Assembly: GCA_946407735.1 (NCBI GenBank)
Contig: CAMJPL010000001.1
Coordinates: 216,182-280,181 of the forward strand
Source: an uncultured Clostridia bacterium
GTDB taxonomy: Bacteria > Bacillota > Clostridia > Oscillospirales > CAG-272
DNA: 64,000 nt
Direction: 5' to 3'
How positions within the stretch are numbered: position 1 is the first letter of the stretch; every line of letters starts with the position of its first letter. The translations under genes were made by a program, and so were the position numbers. The notes beneath the pieces are model-generated. The model searched no databases. It worked only from the letters and a program-made list of their open reading frames with translations, and was not told the origin of the DNA. Below are positions 56,578 to 64,000 of the stretch, one piece after another.

Positions 56578-57198
56578 GTGATGAAAAACATCGTTTTCGA
56601 CATGGGCAACGTGCTTATCCGCTGGGCTCCCGCGCATTTCATCGAGCGGGAGGGGATAACCGACCCGTCCGACGCCGCTCTCCTGATGTCGGCGATATTC
56701 CGCTCGGATGAGTGGCCGATGCTCGACGGCGGCAATATCGACGAGCCGGAGATGCTTCAGATCGCGAAAACGCGGCTTCCGGAACGGCTTCATAAGACCG
56801 CCGAAAGGCTGATATTTTCATGGAACGATCCGATAGAGCCGATAAGCGGCATGGCGGAGCTGATAGCCGGTCTGAAATCGGAGGGGAAGGGGATATATCT
56901 TCTTTCCAACGCCAGCCGCCGTCAGGCTGAGTACTGGCCGTCGGTGCCGGGAAGCGGGTATTTCGACGGATGCGTGATATCGGCCGCAGAGGGCGTGAAA
57001 AAGCCGTCGCCTGAGATATACCGCCTTCTGCTCGGCAGATTCGGGCTCAAAGCGGAAGAGACCGTTTTCATCGACGACGTGAAGGCGAACGCCGACGGCG
57101 CCGAGGCGGTCGGCATAAAGGGGATCGTTTTCGACGGGGACGCGGCGAAGCTCCAAATGACGCTCGCCGGCCTTGACGCGACAGGAGAACAGAAATGA
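56578..57198 (+). CDS. HAD family hydrolase (subfamily IA-like)
   Basis: NIVFDMGNVLI (motif I variant), LLSNAS (motif II), FIDDVKANADGA (motif IV). Confidence 0.75.
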   Translation: MMKNIVFDMGNVLIRWAPAHFIEREGITDPSDAALLMSAIFRSDEWPMLDGGNIDEPEMLQIAKTRLPERLHKTAERLIFSWNDPIEPISGMAELIAGLKSEGKGIYLLSNASRRQAEYWPSVPGSGYFDGCVISAAEGVKKPSPEIYRLLLGRFGLKAEETVFIDDVKANADGAEAVGIKGIVFDGDAAKLQMTLAGLDATGEQK

Positions 57199-58163
57199 CG
57201 GGAACAGAGAGAGTACGCGACACGATACTCGGCAAGCCCACCGACCGTCAGCCGATATACGGCTGGGTCTCGGCGAACCTTTCAAATGAGATAACCGCCG
57301 CCTGCGGCTCCGTCGCCGCCTTTGAGGACAGGTATGAGTTCGACGCCGCGCATATCTTCGGCGGCCCGGGACCGTACAGAGGCGATGTCTTCGAGCGGAT
57401 AAAGGCCGAGAACGGCGAGCTTACGCCGGATCTTCTCGTGAACGAGGACTTTTTCACCGATCCGGACGTTCTGACCGACTATCAGGGAATAAAGGACACG
57501 GTCGCCTTCCACAAGGCGCGCGGGCGCTTCTGCTACATGCAGACTCCGGGATTCTTCGAGGCGTTCAACGGCGTTTTCGGCATCGAGAACCAGCTCCTTT
57601 ACGTCGCGATGTACCCGGACGAGCTGGCAGAGCTTTACCGCCGTCAGGCCGAGTGGACGGTGCGCTTCGCCGATCACTGCAGAGACTGCGGCGTCGACAT
57701 GATCCACGTCTCGGACGACTGGGGAGCGCAGAACAACCTGATGTTCAATCCGAATTTCTGGTGGGAGGCGATCTTCCCGAACCTGAAAAAGGTCGCCGAC
57801 CATGTGCACTCGCTCGGTCTGTTCTGCTCGCTCCACTCGGACGGCTGCGTCGCGAAGGTGACGGACGGCATCGTGAAGGCGGGGATAAACCTCGTCCATC
57901 CGTGGCAGGAGAGCGCCGGGATGGGGCTCGATTATTACATTGACAACTACTCGGACAAATTCGCCATCATGGGCGGCATCTGCGTCCAGACGGCGATAGG
58001 GTTGCTGCCGCAGGACAAACTCGAGAGCGAGATACGGCGCGTCTTCTCCCTTTTGCGCGGCAGGCGCTGGGTCTGCTGCACCTCGCACTTCGTGCAGAAC
58101 CACTGCACGATGGAGGATCTGTTCTTCGCGTTCGATCTGATATACAGGCTGGCGAGGGAGTGA
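57195..58163 (+). CDS. Uroporphyrinogen decarboxylase (URO-D) family protein, function unknown
   Basis: 322 aa. ATGA overlap with the HAD gene. IHVSDDWGAQNNLMFNP and SLHSDGCV resemble URO-D/MtaA-type TIM barrels. Confidence 0.6.
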   Translation: MTGTERVRDTILGKPTDRQPIYGWVSANLSNEITAACGSVAAFEDRYEFDAAHIFGGPGPYRGDVFERIKAENGELTPDLLVNEDFFTDPDVLTDYQGIKDTVAFHKARGRFCYMQTPGFFEAFNGVFGIENQLLYVAMYPDELAELYRRQAEWTVRFADHCRDCGVDMIHVSDDWGAQNNLMFNPNFWWEAIFPNLKKVADHVHSLGLFCSLHSDGCVAKVTDGIVKAGINLVHPWQESAGMGLDYYIDNYSDKFAIMGGICVQTAIGLLPQDKLESEIRRVFSLLRGRRWVCCTSHFVQNHCTMEDLFFAFDLIYRLARE

Positions 58164-58262
58164 GGGGGAAAAAAGCTCCGCGATTGGGAAGGCCCTCCAC
58201 TGTCAGTCAGCTTCGCTGACTGACAAAGCTCCCCTGAATAAGTCGGCAAAGCCGACTTATTC
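58164..58262. repeat. Intergenic mosaic repeat (two hairpins)
   Basis: TGTCAGTCAGC-TTC-GCTGACTGACA (58201-58225) and GAATAAGTCGGC-AAA-GCCGACTTATTC (58236-58262). Confidence 0.9.
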
Positions 58263-58263
58263 T

Positions 58264-58478
58264 AAGGGGGAAGAACTTAATATGAAAGTTGCTCCGCAAC
58301 TTTCCAATCAATGCGCCTTCGGCGCGTGGTTTGTTGGGCTGTTGTCGCAAATCCGACCGAGTCACCCCTGACGCGAAGCGTCGGAATACTTAATCTAAGG
58401 CGGCGAGGCTGCCTTCCTAACGACATCCGCACACAGCGCTGCGCTGTCTGCGGTACAGTATTTTGTCTTTAACTTAAT
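58264..58478 (+). other. Array of short hairpins and ACTTAAT motifs forming the cysN upstream region
   Basis: Hairpins at 58284-58304, 58313-58325, 58368-58384, 58397-58415 and 58427-58453. ACTTAAT at 58275, 58388 and 58472. Confidence 0.7.
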
Positions 58479-58480
58479 CC

Positions 58481-60268
58481 ATGAACATAGTAATTGTCGG
58501 TCACGTTGACCACGGAAAATCCACCGTTATCGGGCGGCTGCTTGCCGATACCGATTCGCTGCCGCAGGGCAAGCTTGAGCAGATACGCGAGATGTGCCGC
58601 CGCAACTCGAAGCCGTTCGAGTACGCCTTCCTTCTCGACGCGCTCAAGGACGAGCGCAGTCAGGGCATCACCATCGACGCGGCGCGCTGCTTCTTCAAGA
58701 CGGCGAAGAGGGATTATCTCATCATCGACGCCCCGGGGCACATCGAATTCCTGAAAAACATGATCACCGGCGCGTCGCGCGCCGAGGCGGCGCTGCTCGT
58801 CATCGACGCGCACGAGGGCGTTATGGAGAACTCCCGCCGCCACGGGTACATGCTGAAAATGCTCGGCATAAAGCAGGTCGCCGTGCTGGTCAACAAGATG
58901 GACCTCTGCGGCTACTCGGAGAGCGTCTTCCGCTCGATCGTTTCCGAGTACAGCGGCTTCCTCGCCGAGATCGACATTTCGCCGTCCGCCTTCATCCCGG
59001 TGTCGGCGATGGAGGGCGACAACATCGCCTCTCATTCCGACCGTATGCCGTGGTACGACGGCAGGACCGTCCTCGATGAGCTCGACGCCTTCGAGGAGCG
59101 CGAGAGCGAGGAGGAAAAGCTCCCCTTCCGCATGCCGGTCCAGGACGTCTATAAATTCACCGGCTCGGGCGACGAGCGCCGGATAGTCGCCGGAACGGTC
59201 GAGAGCGGCTCGCTCTCGGTCGGCGACGAGGTCGTCTTCTATCCGTCCGGCAAGCACACCACCGTCGCCACCTTCGAGCATTTCGGCGCCGGTGAGACTC
59301 CGTCGTGCGTCACGCCGTCGATGGCGGCCGGCTTCACGATGACCGAGCAGATATACACCCGCCGCGGTGAGCTCTGCTGCCGCGCGTCGGAGAAGCCGCC
59401 GAGAGTGTCGTCCGGCTTCGTCGCGTCGGTCTTCTGGCTCGGCATAAAGCCGATGGAGACGGGAAAGGAATATCACATCAAGCTCGGCTCGGCGAAGTCG
59501 CCCTGCCGCCTGAAGCGGGTGATATCGACGCTCGACGCCTCCACCCTCGACCGGGTGCATAAGGACAAAATCGACCGCTACGACGTCGCCGAGTGCGAGA
59601 TCGAGTGCGACAGGCCGCTCGCCTTCGACCTGACGTCCGAGATGCCGAAATCGAGCCGCTTCGTCATCGTCGACGGCTACGAGATATCGGGCGGCGGCAT
59701 CATCACAGCCGCTTCTGAGAAGAAGGACGAGCCCTCCACCGCGAAGAACCTCGCGATACGCCGCAACGTCAAGTGGGAGACGTCATCCATCACGCCTGAG
59801 ATGAGAGCGCTCCGCTACGGACAGCGCCCCGGCGTGCTGATAGTGACCGGCCTGCGCGACATCGGCAAGAAGGAGATCGCCAAGGCGCTCGAGAGCGAGC
59901 TTTGGAGCGAGGGACGGCAGGTGTACTTCCTCGGCATGGGCAATCTGCTCTACGGCGTCGTCGGCGAGATAAAGACCGAGGGCGAGGTCCCGGCCAGACG
60001 CGAGCATATACGCCGTCTCGGCGAGGTGGCGAACATCATGATGGACGCCGGGACGCTGCTCATCGTCACCGCCGCCGAGATCACCGCCGCCGATATGGAC
60101 GTCCTCTCAGCGACGATAGAGAGCGAGAGGATCCACACCGTCTGGCTCGGCGACGAGATAACGACCGATATCGAGCCGGAGCTCAGAGTGGCCGACACCT
60201 CCGATAAGGCGGTGATAACGGCGAGGATAAAGCGCTTCATGGCGGAAAAGGGACTTATTTTCGCGTGA
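58481..60268 (+). CDS. cysN: Sulfate adenylyltransferase subunit 1 (GTPase) with a C-terminal degenerate APS-kinase-like domain
   Basis: [26 protein letters not shown] and NKMD GTPase motifs. The C-terminal ~150 aa align to CysC, but the P-loop is GLRDIGKK and LDGDN is replaced by LGMGN. Confidence 0.85.
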   Translation: MNIVIVGHVDHGKSTVIGRLLADTDSLPQGKLEQIREMCRRNSKPFEYAFLLDALKDERSQGITIDAARCFFKTAKRDYLIIDAPGHIEFLKNMITGASRAEAALLVIDAHEGVMENSRRHGYMLKMLGIKQVAVLVNKMDLCGYSESVFRSIVSEYSGFLAEIDISPSAFIPVSAMEGDNIASHSDRMPWYDGRTVLDELDAFEERESEEEKLPFRMPVQDVYKFTGSGDERRIVAGTVESGSLSVGDEVVFYPSGKHTTVATFEHFGAGETPSCVTPSMAAGFTMTEQIYTRRGELCCRASEKPPRVSSGFVASVFWLGIKPMETGKEYHIKLGSAKSPCRLKRVISTLDASTLDRVHKDKIDRYDVAECEIECDRPLAFDLTSEMPKSSRFVIVDGYEISGGGIITAASEKKDEPSTAKNLAIRRNVKWETSSITPEMRALRYGQRPGVLIVTGLRDIGKKEIAKALESELWSEGRQVYFLGMGNLLYGVVGEIKTEGEVPARREHIRRLGEVANIMMDAGTLLIVTAAEITAADMDVLSATIESERIHTVWLGDEITTDIEPELRVADTSDKAVITARIKRFMAEKGLIFA

Positions 60269-60327
60269 ACGAAGCATTGTATCGTATAAACAGACTGTAT
60301 TTTTCGCAGATCAACTCTTTTCAATAA

Positions 60328-60414
60328 ATCAAAGTACAAAAAGTCTTGGAAAGATGGGATGGGGTCTGGGGAAGGGCAAGGAAACCTTCTTCAGAAGGTT
60401 TCCTTCCCTTCCCC
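60328..60414. repeat. Intergenic mosaic repeat (inverted orientation: tail, then long hairpin)
   Basis: GTACAAAAAGTCTTGG tail, then the ~21-bp stem GGGGAAGGGCAAGGAAACCTTC-TTCA-GAAGGTTTCCTTCCCTTCCCC with a one-base bulge. Confidence 0.85.
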
Positions 60415-60436
60415 AGGAAAAAAGTCGTAACTCAAA

Positions 60437-61765
60437 ATGAAAACAGAACTTAAAGTAGTGAAATTCGGCGGCAGTTCGCTGGCTGACGCAGAACATTTCC
60501 GCAGGGCGGCGGAGATCATACGCTCAGATCCCGCGAGGCGGTACGTCGTGCCAAGCGCTCCCGGCAAGAGGAGCTCGGGCGACGAGAAGGTCACCGATCT
60601 TCTGTACGCCTGTTATGACGCCGCGTCGCACGGGGAGAACATAAATCTCCGCTTCGAGCATATAGCCAACCGCTTCCGCGGGATAATCGAGGATCTCGGG
60701 CTCACGATCAGCCTCGAGGACGACTTCGAGACGATGCGGCGCGCCTTCATGCATAAGGCAGGGCGCGACTACGCCGCGTCGAGGGGCGAGTATCTCAACG
60801 GCAGGATAATGTCGGCGTACCTCGGGTACGATTTCATCGACGCCGCCGACGTCATATTCTTCAAGGACGACGGCACCTTCGATTCCGAGAGGACGAACGA
60901 CGTCCTCGGTCAGAAGCTCAAAGAGCACGAGCGCGCCGTAATACCCGGCTTCTACGGCTCGATGCCCAACGACACCCTCAAGACCTTTTCCCGCGGCGGC
61001 TCGGATATCACCGGCTCCATCGTCGCCCGCGCCTGCGAGTGCGACCTGTACGAGAACTGGACCGACGTCTCCGGCTTCATGATGGCCGACCCGAGGATAG
61101 TGAAGGATCCCCTCCCCATCGACGTCGTCACCTACAGGGAACTCCGCGAGCTGTCGTATATGGGCGCCGGTGTGCTGCACGAGGAGTCGATATTCCCCGT
61201 CCGCTTCGCCGGGATCCCCATCAATATAAAGAACACCAACGACCCGTCGGCGAAGGGCACCATGATACTCCCCGAGGCTCCCGCCGACAGGAGCGTCATA
61301 ACCGGCATCGCCGGGAAGAAGGGCTTCTCGGTCATCACCGTCGATAAGGACCTCATGAACACCGAGGTCGGCTTCGGCAGAAGGATGCTGTCGGTGCTCG
61401 AGCGCGAGAAGATCAACTTCGAGCATCTGCCCAGCGGCATCGACACCATGTCGGTCATCGTCGCCACGTCGGTGCTCGAGGGGCGGCGCGAGCGCATCAT
61501 GGACGAGATGTGCGACCTGCTCAACCCCGATTCGATCCAGATCGACGACAACATGGCGCTTATCGCCGTCGTCGGACGCGGCATGAAGAAGGCGCCCGGC
61601 ACCGCCGCCAGAGTGTTCAAGGCGGTCGGCTCGGTCGGCGTCAATATAAGGATGATAGATCAGGGCTCGAGCGAGCTCAATATCATACTCGGCATCGAGG
61701 AGAAGGACTTTGAGAAGGCGATGAACGCCATATACAGCGAATTCGTGAGAGACAACAGCAAATAA
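60437..61765 (+). CDS. lysC: Aspartate kinase
   Basis: KVVKFGGSSLADAEHF N-terminus. C-terminal ACT repeats (ALIAVVGRGM). 442 aa. Confidence 0.85.
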   Translation: MKTELKVVKFGGSSLADAEHFRRAAEIIRSDPARRYVVPSAPGKRSSGDEKVTDLLYACYDAASHGENINLRFEHIANRFRGIIEDLGLTISLEDDFETMRRAFMHKAGRDYAASRGEYLNGRIMSAYLGYDFIDAADVIFFKDDGTFDSERTNDVLGQKLKEHERAVIPGFYGSMPNDTLKTFSRGGSDITGSIVARACECDLYENWTDVSGFMMADPRIVKDPLPIDVVTYRELRELSYMGAGVLHEESIFPVRFAGIPINIKNTNDPSAKGTMILPEAPADRSVITGIAGKKGFSVITVDKDLMNTEVGFGRRMLSVLEREKINFEHLPSGIDTMSVIVATSVLEGRRERIMDEMCDLLNPDSIQIDDNMALIAVVGRGMKKAPGTAARVFKAVGSVGVNIRMIDQGSSELNIILGIEEKDFEKAMNAIYSEFVRDNSK

Positions 61766-61775
61766 GGCATACCCG

Positions 61776-62645
61776 ATGTACAAGGTCATAGACGCGCACG
61801 TTCATATATATCCCGAGGCAATTTCCGACAAGGCCTGCGACGCCCTCGGCAGGTTCTACGAGTTTTCGATCCAGGGCGGCGGGACCTATTCCGACCTCGA
61901 GCGCCAGTCGACCCGCTTCAAGATAGGCGAGCCCGGCTTTCAGGCCGAGATGAGGGGCTTCATGCTCCTCGGCGTCGCCACGACGCCGCATCAGGTGCCG
62001 AAGGTGAACGACAATCTCGCCAATACCGTGAAGGCGGCGAGGGAGAAGGGTTTCGAGTGCTGGGGCTTCGCCGGGATGCATCAGGATTACCCCGACTTTG
62101 AGGGCGAGGTGGAGAGAGCCGAAGAGATCGGCCTCACCGGCATAAAGATCCATCCCGACATACAGGGCGTCGACATCGACGACGGGCGGCTGCTGAGGCT
62201 GTACGAGATAATCGAGGGGCGTATGCCGCTCTTCCTTCATATGGGAGACGCCCGCCCGCAGTACCGCTTCTCGGAGCCGGGAAAGCTCGCGAAGGTGCTC
62301 AAAATGTTCCCGCGCCTCAAGGTCGTCGCCGCGCATTACGGCGGATATCAGGCGTGGGACGAGGCGAGCCGCTGCCTGTGGGGGCATCCGAACGTGTGGT
62401 ACGACTGCTCGTCGTCGCTCTGGGCTATGTCCCCGGAGAAGGCGAAGGAGCTGACGCTCGGCTGCGGCGAGGACAGGGTCATGTACGGCACCGATTACCC
62501 TGTTTATTCGCTGATCCCGTATTTCCAGCTGTTCGAGCGGATAGATCTGACGGATGAGCAGCGTGAGAAGCTGCTGTACAAAAACGCGAAGTCGTTCATC
62601 GAAGCCATAGAGAGGGACGCGAGGGAATATCATGAGAATCATTAA
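61776..62645 (+). CDS. Amidohydrolase-2 family metal-dependent hydrolase (TIM barrel)
   Basis: MYKVIDAHVHIYPE N-terminal HxH motif. Later KIHPD, HMGD and GTDYP motifs. Confidence 0.75.
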   Translation: MYKVIDAHVHIYPEAISDKACDALGRFYEFSIQGGGTYSDLERQSTRFKIGEPGFQAEMRGFMLLGVATTPHQVPKVNDNLANTVKAAREKGFECWGFAGMHQDYPDFEGEVERAEEIGLTGIKIHPDIQGVDIDDGRLLRLYEIIEGRMPLFLHMGDARPQYRFSEPGKLAKVLKMFPRLKVVAAHYGGYQAWDEASRCLWGHPNVWYDCSSSLWAMSPEKAKELTLGCGEDRVMYGTDYPVYSLIPYFQLFERIDLTDEQREKLLYKNAKSFIEAIERDAREYHENH

Positions 62646-62720
62646 GTCACTTGCCTGTGAGATCATCGAGCTTCTGATCGAGCTCGCGGCGGAGCTTGCG
62701 ACGGAGCTCTTATCCGGCGC

Positions 62721-63857
62721 ATGAGCCCGGGGCACAGCTGTCTCCCAAGGGGTGAGCCGCCGCGCGACCCCCGGGAGTATTCGTCGGTATTCAGGCGGAT
62801 CGCCGACTGCCCCCTGCCGCTCGTGATGTACGGGACGGGGGACGGCGCCGAGCGGATCACGAGGATCATCAAAGGCTACGGACGGGAGATAGAGCTCTAT
62901 TTCTCGTCCGACGATTTTTTCCGTGAGGAGAGGATCTTCATGGGAAAGCCGGTGGTGAAATACTCGGACGTCTGCCGGGTGCTCGGCGATTTCGCGGTGA
63001 TACTGGGCTTCGGCTCGGCCCGGCCGGACGTCGTGCGGAACATACGCCGGATAGCGGCCGAGCGGGTGCTGATCGCGCCGGACATATCTCCGGTGAGGTC
63101 GTACAGCCCGCATGACGATTATCTCACGATGGAGGCCTTCATCGCGGCCCGTGAGAAGGTGGACGCTCTGGCAAAGGCCCTCGCCGACGACAGGTCGAGG
63201 CGGCTCTTCTCGGCGATGATAAGCTACCGTCTGTCGGGGGACATATCGTATCTCGACGGCACGGCGGTGGGCGATCCGTATCTCTGGCTGTATCACTCGT
63301 CCATGCGGTACAGTGCCGCGGCGGATCTGGGCGCCGACAGAGGCGAGTCGTCGCTCGAGATGCTGATGCGCTTCCCGGAGCTGAAACGCGTGATCGCCGT
63401 TGAGCCGGACGAGACGAGCTTCCGCCGGCTTGGCAGAGCGGTGGTATCCGACCGTCGGATCGAGACCTACCGTCGTGCTGTGTCGCACATATCGGGTGAG
63501 ATCATAACGATGTCGTCCGACGGCTCGCGGGGGACGTCGGCGGACCGCGCGCCGAATCCGGCGCGGGGCACGAAGAACACGCGCGTCGTTACGGCGGCGT
63601 TGGACGATCTCGTCGGCGGCGGGAGCTGCGAGCTTATCCACATCGACGTGGAGGGGATGGAGCACGCGGCGATCCGCGGCGCCTCGGAGGTGATAGAGCG
63701 CTGCCGCCCGGACATGATGGTGTCCGTCTATCATCGTCAGCCCGATCTGTGGGAGATCCCCCTCCTCCTTCACTCCCTCCTCCCCGAAAAGCGCCTCCAC
63801 CTTGTCCGCCCCGACGCCCTCCCCCCATGGGACATCATCTGCGTCGCGGAGGGGTGA
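62721..63857 (+). CDS. FkbM family methyltransferase with an N-terminal extension
   Basis: DLGADRGESSLEM (SAM-binding), VIAVEPD, ELIHIDVEGMEHAAIRG (FkbM signature). The exact start is uncertain. Confidence 0.75.
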   Translation: MSPGHSCLPRGEPPRDPREYSSVFRRIADCPLPLVMYGTGDGAERITRIIKGYGREIELYFSSDDFFREERIFMGKPVVKYSDVCRVLGDFAVILGFGSARPDVVRNIRRIAAERVLIAPDISPVRSYSPHDDYLTMEAFIAAREKVDALAKALADDRSRRLFSAMISYRLSGDISYLDGTAVGDPYLWLYHSSMRYSAAADLGADRGESSLEMLMRFPELKRVIAVEPDETSFRRLGRAVVSDRRIETYRRAVSHISGEIITMSSDGSRGTSADRAPNPARGTKNTRVVTAALDDLVGGGSCELIHIDVEGMEHAAIRGASEVIERCRPDMMVSVYHRQPDLWEIPLLLHSLLPEKRLHLVRPDALPPWDIICVAEG

Positions 63858-63880
63858 GAGGACGGGGACGCTTATATTCT

Positions 63881-63968
63881 TGGAGAGGGGACACTCCCTT
63901 GAATAAGTCCGCTCTGCGGACTTATTCAGACCCCACCCTATCCTTCAAAGACTTTTGATACAGGGAGT
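63881..63968. repeat. Intergenic mosaic repeat (GAATAAGTC hairpin plus CAAAGACTTTTGATA tail)
   Basis: Hairpin GAATAAGTCCGC-TCT-GCGGACTTATTC (63901-63927), followed by ACCCCACCCTATCCTTCAAAGACTTTTGATACAGGG. Confidence 0.9.
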
Positions 63969-64000
63969 TTTTTGCGTTCATACGACCGGGACATTACAGT

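Noticed and set aside
60269-60436. A lysine (L-box) riboswitch expected upstream of aspartate kinase.
   Set aside because: I could not find the conserved L-box core elements. The interval is instead occupied by a copy of the mosaic hairpin repeat. An Rfam scan would settle it.
1-64000. Mobile genetic elements, prophage or genomic island boundaries.
   Set aside because: No integrase, transposase, recombinase, phage structural or conjugation genes were recognised. The single tRNA gene has its own promoter and terminator, with no adjacent integrase or direct repeat of its 3' end.

Overview
This is a high-GC, gene-dense chromosomal segment that looks like a Clostridia-type Firmicute. That placement is an inference from gene content: PyrK plus PyrD type B, the UPF0237/UPF0210 pair, LplA/LipO-type lipoprotein binding proteins, and several near-consensus TTGACA-17-TATAAT promoters. 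I can support about 50 protein genes, one tRNA-Arg(ACG), and a set of promoters and terminators. I saw no rRNA, CRISPR array, transposase, integrase or prophage genes.

Gene blocks along the window:
- 1-9.9 kb: a glycan/peptide-processing operon with a secreted CBM9-like protein.
- 10-17.3 kb: an AraC-controlled cluster of three Gfo/Idh/MocA oxidoreductases, a TIM-barrel isomerase and a binding protein.
- 17.5-21.5 kb: pyrK-pyrD, mnmE, an RNHCP protein and an orphan ilvN.
- 22-27.5 kb: ABC exporter, DUF1854-like protein, ABC exporter.
- 27.8-36.9 kb, minus strand: APC-permease/hybrid histidine kinase, binding protein, GH38 mannosidase, ACT protein, UPF0210.
- 37-41.6 kb: XpaC-like, TelA, LemA, TPM protein and a small RGG-tailed protein.
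- 41.7-53 kb: a binding protein, tRNA-Arg, a secreted protein, sbcDC and araBAD.
- 54-60.3 kb: a fragmented PAPS-synthesis module.
- 60.4-63.9 kb: aspartate kinase, an amidohydrolase and an FkbM methyltransferase.

The features I consider most unusual:
1. A mosaic family of intergenic hairpin repeats. It occurs at nine or more sites, shows compensatory stem changes, supplies the stop codons of two genes, and flanks an insert that splits cysD from cysN.
2. An APC-transporter domain fused to a hybrid histidine kinase, heading a binding-protein/GH38 block.
3. Two ABC exporters that each carry a roughly 200-aa N-terminal module with a zinc ribbon, bracketing a DUF1854-like gene.
4. A CysC-CysQ fusion together with a CysN that carries a degenerate APS-kinase-like domain.
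5. Five paralogous solute-binding lipoproteins with no ABC permease anywhere in 64 kb.

All functional calls rest on motif recognition by eye, with no searches run. Start codons are best guesses. I cannot say that any of these is truly undescribed without database searches.
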